From an uncultured Clostridia bacterium (GTDB taxonomy: Bacteria; Bacillota; Clostridia; Christensenellales; Borkfalkiaceae): DNA of 64,000 nucleotides. A model generated the notes under the pieces. That model saw only the letters and a program-made list of their open reading frames with translations. It ran no database searches and had not been told where the DNA came from. How positions within the stretch are numbered: the first letter of the stretch is position 1; each line of letters begins with the position of its first letter. The DNA is taken from positions 11,175 through 75,174 of the forward strand of contig CANRGR010000001.1 of NCBI GenBank assembly GCA_947630245.1. Direction: 5' to 3'. The position numbers and the translations under genes are program-made. Of this stretch, positions 17,680-29,345 are shown one piece after another.

Positions 17680-19764
17680 TCAATCAACCGTTTTGGGAGA
17701 ATCGGGCAGATCCGCGTCCTTCAACGCGGCGTCGTCCTCCATAGATTCGTCATAGAACCGGTACCGCGACCGTCCCTGCTTCTTTGCGGCATAGAGCGCG
17801 ATGTCCGCCTTGCGGAACAGTCCCTTGTACTCCTCGTCCGCGGAGCTCTTTTCGCAGATTCCCATGCTCACCGTGAGCGCAAAATCCCCCACCGCGCCGC
17901 AGATCGCTCCGAACACACGCGCGATGATGGGATGGATGTCGGTATCGTACTCAAAGACGATGAGAAATTCGTCGCCGCCGATGCGCGCGCAGAGATCCCC
18001 TGCCCGCGTGCCGTGAATGAGGCGGTCCGCCACGACGCGGAGCACCCTGTCTCCGAAGAGATGACCGTAGGTGTCGTTCGCATTCTTGAAGAAATCAATG
18101 TCGAACACGGCGACGGCATATTTATGCGCGGGATAATTCGCAAGTTTGCGGTCGATTTCCTCGCCGACGCCGTTGCGGTTCAGAAGTCCCGTGAGCGGAT
18201 CGCGGATGGAGCTCTCCTTCAAAGACGCCAGCTCGTTGTGCAGTTCATGCACGTCCATCAGTTTTCCGATGGCGCTCGTGATCCGCGGCTCGATGTCGTC
18301 CGACCAGATCGCGCGCACGATGACGCGGTACCAGCGCAGTTCGCCGCCGATGGGAAGCTCGCATTCGTAGCGGAATTCGGGGTCTTGCGGCGACGTTTTC
18401 CGGAAAAATTGTATGATTCCTTCGAACCACGTCTTTCCGAGCTGTTCGCGGAGCCGAAGATCCTCGGCGGGGTGCAGAAGCTCGGTCTCGACGCCGAACT
18501 TTTTCGCTCCCGACGGCGAAAGTTTGAGAAGATCGTCGTCGACAAGGTATTCGAATTGGACCTCTTCGGTCAATTCGGCATAGAAATTGAATTTCATCCG
18601 CTCGTAATCGAGCAGTTTCAACGTGCGTTCGGACGCGCTGACGCCCTTTGCGTGATGCACCGCCTCCGCATAGTTGCGGATTTCGCGCCGCGCCGCGTTC
18701 GCCTGTGCGTCGTGCGACAGCTCGTCGCGGATGCGGTCGAATTCGTCCGACAGGCATTCGAGAAGGAGCGGGTTGAACGTCCCGCACTTTCCCGCAAGGA
18801 TCATCTCCTTCGCCTCTTCGGGCGGAAGCGGCGGTTTGTAGACCCGTTCGCTGGTGAGCGCGTCATAGACGTCCGCAAGCGCGACGATCTGGGCGGAAAT
18901 GGGGATTTCGTCCCCCTTCAATCCGTCGGGGTAACCCCTCCCGTCCCAACGCTCGTGATGCCAACGGCAGATCTCATAGGCATGCTGCACAAGCGGATTG
19001 TCCTTATGGGCGGAGAGCCCTTCGAGCATATTCGCCCCGATCATGCTGTGGGTTTTCATAACGGCGAACTCCTCATCTGTGAGTTTGCCGGGTTTATTGA
19101 GAATTTTATCGTCGATCCCGATCTTGCCGATGTCATGCAGGGCGGACGCCTTTGCGATGACGGAGATATCGCGGTCGGTCAGCGGATAGCGGTCCGTCTT
19201 GCGGACCAGTTTGCGAAGCAGAAAGTCGGTGATCGTGCGGACATGCAGGATATGCAGTCCGCTCTCGCCGTTGCGGAATTCGACGATGTGGCTCAGAATG
19301 TCCACCATCATGCTGCTGTCGCGCTCGTTCTCGTCGATCTGCTGTTCGATGATCCCGAGAAGCTGGCGCTGTTTCACATAGAGGAAGATCGTATTGAGCA
19401 CGCGGCGATGGACGATGGAGGCGTCGAACGGGCGCATGATGAAGTCCGTCGCGCCGAGTGAGTATGCCCTCTCGATCTGATCGGACGCCGTCTCCGCGGA
19501 GACCATGATCACGGGAAGATCTTCGATGAGACGGGTGCGGTTCATCTCCGAGAGCACGTCGAAACCGTCTTTCTTGGGCATTACGATGTCGAGCAGAACG
19601 AGAGAGAAGGTTTTCGCGCTGCGGTCAAGGATCGCAAGCGCCGCTTCGCCGTCCTCCGCTTCCTCGATGTCGAACTCATCCGCCAACATGTCCGCGAGAA
19701 TGGAACGGTTCATCTCGGAATCGTCTACGATCAGTATTTTTTCTCTCCCCTTCCCCTTCTGCAT
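17680..19764 (-). CDS. response regulator with HD-GYP phosphodiesterase and GGDEF diguanylate cyclase domains
   Basis: REC (ILIVDDSE...LLDIVMPKKDG), HD-GYP (ALHDIGK...HHERWDGRGYPDGL), a middle PAS-like region, and GGDEF (RAGDLCARIGGDEFLIV, i.e. RxxD I-site five residues before an intact GGDEF). Confidence 0.85.
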   Translation of the reverse strand: MQKGKGREKILIVDDSEMNRSILADMLADEFDIEEAEDGEAALAILDRSAKTFSLVLLDIVMPKKDGFDVLSEMNRTRLIEDLPVIMVSAETASDQIERAYSLGATDFIMRPFDASIVHRRVLNTIFLYVKQRQLLGIIEQQIDENERDSSMMVDILSHIVEFRNGESGLHILHVRTITDFLLRKLVRKTDRYPLTDRDISVIAKASALHDIGKIGIDDKILNKPGKLTDEEFAVMKTHSMIGANMLEGLSAHKDNPLVQHAYEICRWHHERWDGRGYPDGLKGDEIPISAQIVALADVYDALTSERVYKPPLPPEEAKEMILAGKCGTFNPLLLECLSDEFDRIRDELSHDAQANAARREIRNYAEAVHHAKGVSASERTLKLLDYERMKFNFYAELTEEVQFEYLVDDDLLKLSPSGAKKFGVETELLHPAEDLRLREQLGKTWFEGIIQFFRKTSPQDPEFRYECELPIGGELRWYRVIVRAIWSDDIEPRITSAIGKLMDVHELHNELASLKESSIRDPLTGLLNRNGVGEEIDRKLANYPAHKYAVAVFDIDFFKNANDTYGHLFGDRVLRVVADRLIHGTRAGDLCARIGGDEFLIVFEYDTDIHPIIARVFGAICGAVGDFALTVSMGICEKSSADEEYKGLFRKADIALYAAKKQGRSRYRFYDESMEDDAALKDADLPDSPKTVD

Positions 19765-19785
19765 CCTTTCGTCCTTTTTGACCGC

Positions 19786-21519
19786 TTATTCGGTCTTTCC
19801 CTCTTCCGCCGCGGCAACTTCCGCCTCGGGCGTCTCCGCGTCTTGCTTTGCGAGATTGTCGAATGTCCCGCCGTCGACGAAGAACCGTTTCGCGAGACCC
19901 CTATCTACGAGTTCATGTATCCCTTCATAGGGCAGATAGTAATCCTCTTCGGGATGTTCGGCGCGTTCCGTGCCGATCCGCTCCATGCACACGGCGATGA
20001 GTTCCGCCGCACGCTTTGCGCGCCTGTCGTTCTTGATGCGGTACATGCAGGGCGTATCCTCGACCGATTTGTTCTCGGAGACGTCCTCCACCTTGTATTT
20101 GGATTCGAGATAGTCGTTGGCGTCGAGCGGGAGGAAGAGGCAGAGCGACTTGCCGCGGAATCCGAATCTCGCGACGCACTCCCTGCCGTAGCGGTAGGAC
20201 TCCCGTTTCCAGCTCATGCGGCTCTTGATCTTGCGATAGGAGAGCAGTTCGTTTTTGAGCTGACCGTACCAACGCTTCGTATCGTCGCTCGACTGGATGA
20301 GCCGCGCGGTGAAGCTGCGGTCGTAGCAGAGCAGAGTGACGTCCTCATCCTCGGGCTGCGGGAGAACGACGGTGACGGTGTAGGACGCCGTCTTGTCGAG
20401 ATAGCGGATGATAACCTCGTGTTCCCCCTCCGCCGTCATGTCGGGCGCCTCCACTTCATAGTCGACGAGCTGTTCGCTGTACGGCTCCGCGTCGTAGTCC
20501 GCCGTCACGATGAGCCCCATGCTGTTGAACTCTTCGCCCGCCGTAAATTCGCGGCGCACGACGCTCGTATCGAGAGAGATCCCCACGAGCGCGCGCCCTT
20601 CGGCGACGAACACGGGGTAAGTCTGTGTAAATTCGCGGTAATGCACGACGACGTTCGTCATGCCCTTCACCGAAAGATCGGGCGGATCGACGGTGAAATC
20701 GGTCACGCGTTCCCCTTCGGCTTCCCCTTCGTAGCGGGCGATCACGCCCAGCCCGTTGCAATCGAATTCCTCGCCGACGAGGAAATCGGTCTTGACGAAA
20801 TCGAGATCGAGATCAATCCCGACGAGGGTGCGCTCCGCCGCGGGCAGAACGTTGATGGTGTAAAATTCGATGAAATCGTCAAAGCGGACGGCGACGGATT
20901 TTTCTCCCGGCACGTCCATATCCGGTTCGTCCACGGAATAGCTGTACACTTCTTCGGAAAAAGGTTCTTCGTTGTAATTTGCGCGAACGACGAGCCCGCC
21001 GCATTCGAAGGGCTCGCCCGCATGAAATTCCGTATGAACGGCGGAGACGTCGAGCACAATCCCGATGACCGACCGCTCCGCCGCGGGAACGACGTCAATG
21101 GTATACATTGCGGAAAATCCGCCGTATCTGACCGTAACCGAGGGGCTTCCCGCCGCGTCCAGCGAAGGAGGATCGACCAGATAATCCGTAATCGGCTCCA
21201 TCAGACCGTCGCTGTACCGCGCGTTGACCGTGAGCCCGCTGCATTCGAAGGCGTCGCCCACCGTGAATTTGCGTCTGACGGCAGAGGCGTCGAGCACGAT
21301 CCCGACGAGCGCATGTTCCTCCCGCTCGCCTTCCGCAGTATTCGCGACGAGGATCGTCTGCTTTGCCCTGCCGAAGGAATGCTTGCGCAACAGGATGATG
21401 ACGAGCGCAAGGATCGCCACGGCAACAATCACGAGCTGCGCGAACATCAGGATCAGGACCGCGGTGGAAACGGTCCATTCGAGTTCCAACCCGAAGATGC
21501 TGAAACATAAATTCGACAT
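19786..21519 (-). CDS. membrane-anchored protein with four tandem Ig-like repeats and a conserved uncharacterised C-terminal domain
   Basis: Start at the ATG at 21519 (MSNLCFS) with a GGAGAAAGGAGAA RBS. One TM (AVLILMFAQLVIVAVAILALVIILL). Four repeats of about 80 aa fitting LVGI-LD-S-V---F--GE-F---GL-V-A-Y...V-DY-VD-PD(M/L)---G---V-V-Y. The last 170 aa or so is K/R-rich (RSFTARLIQSSDDTKRWYGQLKNELLSYRKIKSRMSW...). Confidence 0.8.
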   Translation of the reverse strand: MSNLCFSIFGLELEWTVSTAVLILMFAQLVIVAVAILALVIILLRKHSFGRAKQTILVANTAEGEREEHALVGIVLDASAVRRKFTVGDAFECSGLTVNARYSDGLMEPITDYLVDPPSLDAAGSPSVTVRYGGFSAMYTIDVVPAAERSVIGIVLDVSAVHTEFHAGEPFECGGLVVRANYNEEPFSEEVYSYSVDEPDMDVPGEKSVAVRFDDFIEFYTINVLPAAERTLVGIDLDLDFVKTDFLVGEEFDCNGLGVIARYEGEAEGERVTDFTVDPPDLSVKGMTNVVVHYREFTQTYPVFVAEGRALVGISLDTSVVRREFTAGEEFNSMGLIVTADYDAEPYSEQLVDYEVEAPDMTAEGEHEVIIRYLDKTASYTVTVVLPQPEDEDVTLLCYDRSFTARLIQSSDDTKRWYGQLKNELLSYRKIKSRMSWKRESYRYGRECVARFGFRGKSLCLFLPLDANDYLESKYKVEDVSENKSVEDTPCMYRIKNDRRAKRAAELIAVCMERIGTERAEHPEEDYYLPYEGIHELVDRGLAKRFFVDGGTFDNLAKQDAETPEAEVAAAEEGKTE

Positions 21520-21618
21520 ACGGTTTCTCCTTTCTCCGATTACGGTTTGCAAAAACAGCTTCCGCTGAGATCTTTTTCCGTTGCACTCCATGCAAAATCA
21601 TTGAAATTGCACAGAGTG

Positions 21619-21647
21619 ATTATAAGACATATTTCGTCAAAATGCAA
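21619..21647 (-). promoter_or_regulatory. sigma-A type promoter for the Ig-repeat / c-di-GMP / Hpt / HK3 operon
   Basis: On the minus strand: TTGCAT (21642-21647), 17 nt, TATAAT (21619-21624). Confidence 0.55.
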
Positions 21648-21668
21648 GTAAAAACGTAAGATTTCGGG

Positions 21669-21694
21669 AAAAAATTCCCGTCGGGCGGACGGAA
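21669..21694 (-). terminator. terminator after SBP2
   Basis: On the minus strand: TTCCGTC-CGCCC-GACGGGAA followed by TTTTTT. Confidence 0.6.
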
Positions 21695-21767
21695 TTGCGG
21701 AAAACAGACCCCTTCCGCGCATTTCCGAGAATAGTTTTATGTAGTTTTCGCCCTCCGTATGCGGACG

Positions 21768-23060
21768 CTATTCCTCGGACAGGCGGGGAAATCCCTTGAT
21801 CGCCCCGGCAATATCGTCCCCCGCGCCCACGCGTTGCAGAAGTTTCCACCACGCGCTGCGCGCCTCCGCCCAGTGGGGCGTGATCTGATAATAGTCCCCG
21901 AGATAGCGGCTGAAAGACGCATATTCGGTCATGAGCTCGTCGTTTTCGTAGGGATCGCGCTCCATCGTACGCACGGGCAGATAGGAGGAAAGCGTCACCG
22001 CCGCCGAATAACTGTCGCCGTTGATGAAACGGATAAATTCTTTCGCCGCCGCGATGCGGTCGTCGTCGCCGTTGTCAAAGATGCCGAATCCCCAGATGCC
22101 GCCTTGCAGGGAAGGTTCCCCCTCGCCCGTCGGAAACGCCATCGGCAGAATGTCGAAATCAATGTTGGGATTGGTGACCGTCTGCGTGACTTCCGCGGCG
22201 ACGTTCCAACAGAACGCCATCGCCATTTCCTTGTCGCAGAACGCGATAATCTCATCGGAGCCGACAAACGTCGGGTCGAACCGGATCCCCTCCGTCTCTT
22301 TCAGAAGGCGGAGCGCCGCGATATTTTCGGGGGAATCCACGGTGTAGACCGTGTGCTGCGGGTCGGTAAAGCTGCCGCCGCAGAGATTTGTGACGAGCGC
22401 GCGCGTGCCCTGGTCGCCGCCCTGCCCGCCGCAGTAGACGACCGCGACGTCCTTGTCGAGCCCCTGCTCCTCATAATAGCTACGGATCGCTCCGACCGCC
22501 TTCACGAAATTTTCCGTCGTCCAGGTGTGGGTCGTCTCGTCGAGATACTTCAACGCCCCTGCCTCTTCGAACAGATCGCGGTTGATTGCCATGCAATGGG
22601 TCGTCATGCAGAGCGGATAGATGAAGTAGTCGCCCTTTCCGTCGTGGCATGCCTCCGCGACGTTCCGCCGGATCGACGACGCCGCGTCCTCCTTCCAGAG
22701 GTCGTTGAGATCTGCCATCAGACCGCGCGCACCCCAGGTTGCGACGAGGCGCTCGGGACCTTCGAGTACGAGATCGGGCGCGGTGCCCTCCTCGATCGCG
22801 CTCTCGATTTCTCCGTCCCCCGTGGAGTAATCCACGCATTTCACCGTGACGCGGATCTCGGGATGGATCTGGCGGAACGCCGTGAGGAAGGGGGCGATGG
22901 TACTGCTCTTGTCCCATCCCCCCACGGGATACGTCCAAAGGGAGATCTCCACTTCCGTGGGCTCTTCCGTCCCGCTTTGACCGGGACCGTCCCCGGCGGG
23001 AGAACACGCCGCGCCGCACAGCAACAGAAGTCCGGCGATGATACATGCGAATTTTTTCAT
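21768..23060 (-). CDS. extracellular solute-binding lipoprotein (family-1, sugar-type), orphan (SBP2)
   Basis: Signal peptide MKKFACIIAGLLLLCGAAC; 430 aa with sugar-SBP-like composition. Start lies 5 nt after the HK2 stop. No permease or ATPase genes adjacent. Confidence 0.8.
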   Translation of the reverse strand: MKKFACIIAGLLLLCGAACSPAGDGPGQSGTEEPTEVEISLWTYPVGGWDKSSTIAPFLTAFRQIHPEIRVTVKCVDYSTGDGEIESAIEEGTAPDLVLEGPERLVATWGARGLMADLNDLWKEDAASSIRRNVAEACHDGKGDYFIYPLCMTTHCMAINRDLFEEAGALKYLDETTHTWTTENFVKAVGAIRSYYEEQGLDKDVAVVYCGGQGGDQGTRALVTNLCGGSFTDPQHTVYTVDSPENIAALRLLKETEGIRFDPTFVGSDEIIAFCDKEMAMAFCWNVAAEVTQTVTNPNIDFDILPMAFPTGEGEPSLQGGIWGFGIFDNGDDDRIAAAKEFIRFINGDSYSAAVTLSSYLPVRTMERDPYENDELMTEYASFSRYLGDYYQITPHWAEARSAWWKLLQRVGAGDDIAGAIKGFPRLSEE

Positions 23061-23065
23061 TTTCT

Positions 23066-25228
23066 CTATTTTCCCTCTTCGAAATATTCTTTCAGAAGTT
23101 TGCAGACAAGCGCCATATCAATCGGTTTTGCCGTATGCGCATTCATGCCGCACGCAAGACAGCGGGAGACGTCGTCCGAAAAGGCGTCTGCGCTCATGGC
23201 GATGATGGGAACCGTCTTTGCGTCGGGACGGTCCATCGCGCGGATCGCCTCCGTCGCCTCATAGCCGGACATGACGGGCATGCGGATATCCATAAAGATC
23301 ACATCGTAATAGCCGACGGGAGACGCTGCGAACAGATCGGCGCACAGTTTTCCGTTCTCCGCCGATTCGACGATGAGCCCGACTTCCGAGAACAGCTCCT
23401 CCGCAATCTCGCGGTTGAGTTCGTTGTCCTCGGCGAGAAGAACGCGCTTCCCGCCGAAATCCGCCGCCTCTTCCTCGGGGGAGAGAGCAAGCTCTCCGGA
23501 GCGCTCAAAATCGAGCGTGACGCGGAATTCCGTGCCCTGTCCGGGCGCGCTGTCGAATTCGATCTCGCCGTGCATCGAGTCGACGATATATTTCGTGATC
23601 GCCATTCCGAGCCCCGATCCCTCGATTTGATGGACCCGTCCGCTGTCCTCGCGGGCAAACGCGTCGAATACCTGCTTTTGGAAGTTCTCCGTCATGCCGA
23701 TGCCCGTGTCCTTCACGCGAAAGACGACCCGCACGAAATTCTCCCCGCGCGGGGAATCCTCCTCCCGGCAGACGAGCAGGATCGATCCCTCCTCGGGCGT
23801 GAATTTCACCGCGTTGCCGAGCAGGTTGAGCAGAATCTGGTTGAGCCGCACGCCGTCGCAACGGACATTTTCGACGGTCAGCGCGTCGATCTCGGTTTCG
23901 AAGTTCTGACCCTTTGCACGGGTCTGCGGCTGGATGATGCCGACGACGTTCCCGAGCGTCTCGCGAAGGGAGACCGTCTCCTCGTGCAGTTCGAGTTTTC
24001 CGCTCTCGATCTTGGACATGTCGAGAATATCGTTGATGAGCCCGAGCAGATGACGGCTCGACATGGCGATCTTGTCGAGACAGTTTTTCACCTGTTCCTC
24101 GTTTCCGACATTGCTGCGCGCGATCGCGGTCATGCCGACAATGCCGTTCATGGGCGTGCGGATGTCGTGGCTCATATTGGACAGAAATTCGCTCTTCGCC
24201 CGATTGGCATGCTCCGCCTCTTTGCGCATCTGTTCCAATGCGCGCATTTGACTGCGGGTGAGACGGTAATAAAAGACGAACACGACGAGGAGCGCAATCA
24301 GAATGACGAGACAGCTGAGAACTGCCGCCAGGCTCCACGACTGCCCGAGGGCGTTGACCGTCGTATTGAGCGGTCCGTAGGGCAGGAACAGCAAAAGATA
24401 CCAATCCGAATAGGGCAGCGCCGTCTCGTAGGAAAACCGCCGCTCGCCGTCGAGCGTAAACTCGACCGAAAACTCCCTGCCGTCCTCCATCGCGCTTTGC
24501 AGTTCTTCGAGATATACTTCCTTTTCGAGTTCTTCTCCGTCCTTGCGGATCGCGCCGTAGCGGCTGCGGACGCGGTCGAAAAAATTTGCCTCATCGCTCT
24601 CGATTCCGCCGCGGAGAATGATCGTCCCGTCCCCGTCGACGATGAAATAATAGATGGACATGCTCGTGAGGTCCACCGAGAGCGCGTCGCTGATGTAGGA
24701 GATGGGACGGGTTGCGACGAGCGCGACGCTCGTTTGTCCGTCCGACATGGGATAGGCGGCGGGGACCCCCATCACGACGAAACGCTCGCCATAAGAATCG
24801 CTCCCGCTCGACATTGTCTCCCCGCCCGAGACGAGAATGTCCAGAAAGTATTCCTCGCGGTCGATCGAGAGCGTACTGCCGTACAGCATATCAATGGAAC
24901 CGTCGGCGGCGATCAGCGCAAGACGGTCGAACCCGCGGTTGCGGGCGTGCGACCGCAGCGCCGTGTGCAGCGCCGCGGGTTCGAGTTTGCTCTCGGGCGG
25001 AACGGCGTCGATGATTGCGCTGACCTGCGAAAGCCTGAGTTCGAAAGTCGTCCCGAAATGAGCGGCGGACTGTTTGCTCATGTCCGCCATATAAATAGAG
25101 CCGAGTTTGCCGATCGCATCCGCGCCTCGTTTGTTCATGACATATGCCATGAACAGAAAAACGGCGACGCACAGAACCGAAATACAGACGATGCTGACGA
25201 GCAAAAAACGGGCTGTTTTGTTTTTCAT
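23066..25228 (-). CDS. hybrid sensor histidine kinase with one receiver domain (HK2)
   Basis: Start at the ATG at 25228 (MKNKTARF). Architecture: TM, extracytoplasmic region, TM, H-box [11 protein letters not shown], HATPase (GSGLGMAI), REC ([13 protein letters not shown]). Confidence 0.9.
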   Translation of the reverse strand: MKNKTARFLLVSIVCISVLCVAVFLFMAYVMNKRGADAIGKLGSIYMADMSKQSAAHFGTTFELRLSQVSAIIDAVPPESKLEPAALHTALRSHARNRGFDRLALIAADGSIDMLYGSTLSIDREEYFLDILVSGGETMSSGSDSYGERFVVMGVPAAYPMSDGQTSVALVATRPISYISDALSVDLTSMSIYYFIVDGDGTIILRGGIESDEANFFDRVRSRYGAIRKDGEELEKEVYLEELQSAMEDGREFSVEFTLDGERRFSYETALPYSDWYLLLFLPYGPLNTTVNALGQSWSLAAVLSCLVILIALLVVFVFYYRLTRSQMRALEQMRKEAEHANRAKSEFLSNMSHDIRTPMNGIVGMTAIARSNVGNEEQVKNCLDKIAMSSRHLLGLINDILDMSKIESGKLELHEETVSLRETLGNVVGIIQPQTRAKGQNFETEIDALTVENVRCDGVRLNQILLNLLGNAVKFTPEEGSILLVCREEDSPRGENFVRVVFRVKDTGIGMTENFQKQVFDAFAREDSGRVHQIEGSGLGMAITKYIVDSMHGEIEFDSAPGQGTEFRVTLDFERSGELALSPEEEAADFGGKRVLLAEDNELNREIAEELFSEVGLIVESAENGKLCADLFAASPVGYYDVIFMDIRMPVMSGYEATEAIRAMDRPDAKTVPIIAMSADAFSDDVSRCLACGMNAHTAKPIDMALVCKLLKEYFEEGK

Positions 25229-25413
25229 GGAACCCCCCGTATCTCTCCGCCGTCCGACGATTGTGTCCGGACGGCACGGAAAATCCGTGATCGGATAAAA
25301 CCACGGATCCTCATTTGCAGATACAGCTATTCTATCATTATCCGAAATCATTTGTCAATAAAAAACATGAAATTTGTTGAAAAACCGCTCATTTTGTCCC
25401 GCAAAATCCTCTC

Positions 25414-25437
25414 ACGGGGGCAAAAAAACTCCCCCGT
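25414..25437 (-). terminator. hairpin downstream of guaA
   Basis: ACGGGGG ... CCCCCGT stem with a T-rich loop on the minus strand, about 50 nt past the guaA stop. Confidence 0.45.
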
Positions 25438-25485
25438 TTGCATCGGCGGAGGAGTTTTTTGCAAGATATTACACAAAATCCGGCG

Positions 25486-27021
25486 TCATTCCCATTCAAT
25501 GGTTGACGGGGGTTTGCTCGTGATGTCGTAGACGACCCTGTTCGCGTGTTTCACTTCGTTGGTGATGCGGTTGGAGACCCGCTCCAACACGTCGAAGGGA
25601 ATGCGCGCCCAATCGGCGGTCATGGCGTCTACGCTCGTGATTGCGCGCAGGGCGATCACGTTTTCATAGGTGCGGAAATCCCCCTGAACGCCCACCGTCT
25701 TGCTGTCCGTGAGGACGGCGAAGTACTGCCAGATCTCCCTTTCGAGCCCCGCGCGGGCGATCTCTTCGCGGAAGATCGCGTCCGCGTCGCGTACGATAGC
25801 GAGTTTTTCGCGCGTGACGTCCCCCATGATCCGGATCGCGAGCGCGGGTCCGGGACAGGGCTGTCTCCAAATGATCCTGTCGGGAAGTCCGAGCTCGGCG
25901 CCGACCCGCCGCACTTCGTCCTTGAAGAGATCCCGCAGAGGCTCCACGATCTCACGGAAATCCACCACGTCGGGCAATCCGCCCACATTGTGATGGGATT
26001 TGATGACCGCGCTCTTCCCCTTTCCGCTCTCGATGACGTCCGGATAGATCGTCCCCTGAACGAGAAAATCGACTTTGCCGATCTTCTTTGCCTCCCGTTC
26101 GAACACACGGATGAACATTTCGCCGATGACGCGCCGTTTTTGCTCGGGATCGGAGATCCCTTCGAGCGCGCCGAGAAACTCCTCCGCCGCGTCCGCTTTG
26201 ACGAGATTCATGCCGAGCCCGTCGCGGAATACGGACATGACTTCCTCCGGCTCGTTCTTCCGGTGCAGACCGTGGTCCACAAAGACGCAGACGAGGCGGT
26301 CTCCCACCGCCCAGTGCACGAGAGTTGCGGCGACGGCGGAATCCACGCCGCCCGACATGGCGCAGAGCACCCTGCCGTCCTTGATCTTTTCGCGCAGCGC
26401 GGCGATCTGTTCTTCGACGAAGTTGCGCATCGTCCAATCCCCCCGTGCTCCGCAGACGCGGTAGAGAAAGTTGCGGAGCATCCCGTTTCCGTACTCGGTG
26501 TGCGCGACTTCGGGATGGAATTGCACCCCGTAGATCTTCCGAACGGGATCCCCGAATGCGGCGACGGGACAGCTTTCGGTGTTTGCGAGCGTCCCGAAGC
26601 CCGCGGGAAGTTCCGTCACGAGATCGGTGTGGCTCATCCAGCAGACGCTCCGCACGGGAATATCCTCCGAGAGCGGGCTCTGCCGCACAAAGGAGACATC
26701 GCGCTTGCCGTATTCGCTCTTCGCGGCGCGGACGACCTTTCCGCCGAGCGTATATGCGATAAGCTGTGCGCCGTAACAGATCCCGAGGACGGGAATGCCG
26801 AGACGGAGAATCTGCGGCGGAATGCGGGGCGCGTTTTCGTCGTACACGCTGTTGGGTCCGCCCGTGAAGATGATGCCGATGGGAGCGTATTTCTCAATCT
26901 CCATAGCGCTCATGTCGCACGGTTTGAGATCGCAATACACGCCGAGATCGCGCACCCTGCGGGCGATGAGTTGGTTATACTGCCCGCCGAAATCGAGGAC
27001 GAGCACTTTCTGATGATCCAT
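25486..27021 (-). CDS. guaA: GMP synthase (glutamine-hydrolysing)
   Basis: 511 aa. GATase-1 N-domain (GICYGAQL), ATP-PPase SGGVDS, and the C-terminal dimerisation domain ending PPSTIEWE. Confidence 0.95.
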   Translation of the reverse strand: MDHQKVLVLDFGGQYNQLIARRVRDLGVYCDLKPCDMSAMEIEKYAPIGIIFTGGPNSVYDENAPRIPPQILRLGIPVLGICYGAQLIAYTLGGKVVRAAKSEYGKRDVSFVRQSPLSEDIPVRSVCWMSHTDLVTELPAGFGTLANTESCPVAAFGDPVRKIYGVQFHPEVAHTEYGNGMLRNFLYRVCGARGDWTMRNFVEEQIAALREKIKDGRVLCAMSGGVDSAVAATLVHWAVGDRLVCVFVDHGLHRKNEPEEVMSVFRDGLGMNLVKADAAEEFLGALEGISDPEQKRRVIGEMFIRVFEREAKKIGKVDFLVQGTIYPDVIESGKGKSAVIKSHHNVGGLPDVVDFREIVEPLRDLFKDEVRRVGAELGLPDRIIWRQPCPGPALAIRIMGDVTREKLAIVRDADAIFREEIARAGLEREIWQYFAVLTDSKTVGVQGDFRTYENVIALRAITSVDAMTADWARIPFDVLERVSNRITNEVKHANRVVYDITSKPPSTIEWE

Positions 27022-27035
27022 ATCGTGTCTCCGTT

Positions 27036-27064
27036 TTCAAAAAACGTCCCGCAGAGGGACGTTT
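27036..27064 (-). terminator. intrinsic terminator-like hairpin between guaB and guaA
   Basis: On the minus strand: AAACGTCCC-TCTGC-GGGACGTTT plus TTT run, immediately followed by the guaA RBS (GGAGA). Confidence 0.6.
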
Positions 27065-27131
27065 GATTTTGATGTTCCGAAAGCCGAACGCAAAATCTTT
27101 CCCAAAGAAGAGGCGGATTTTGCGAACCATA

Positions 27132-29247
<2,116 letters not shown>

Positions 29248-29345
29248 TCGACCGTGCCTCGATTATTATCCCATATTGTAACATACCGCGGAAAAAAAAG
29301 CAACCGATTCGGCATAAAAAACCTGTATTTTCATATCCATAGAGC

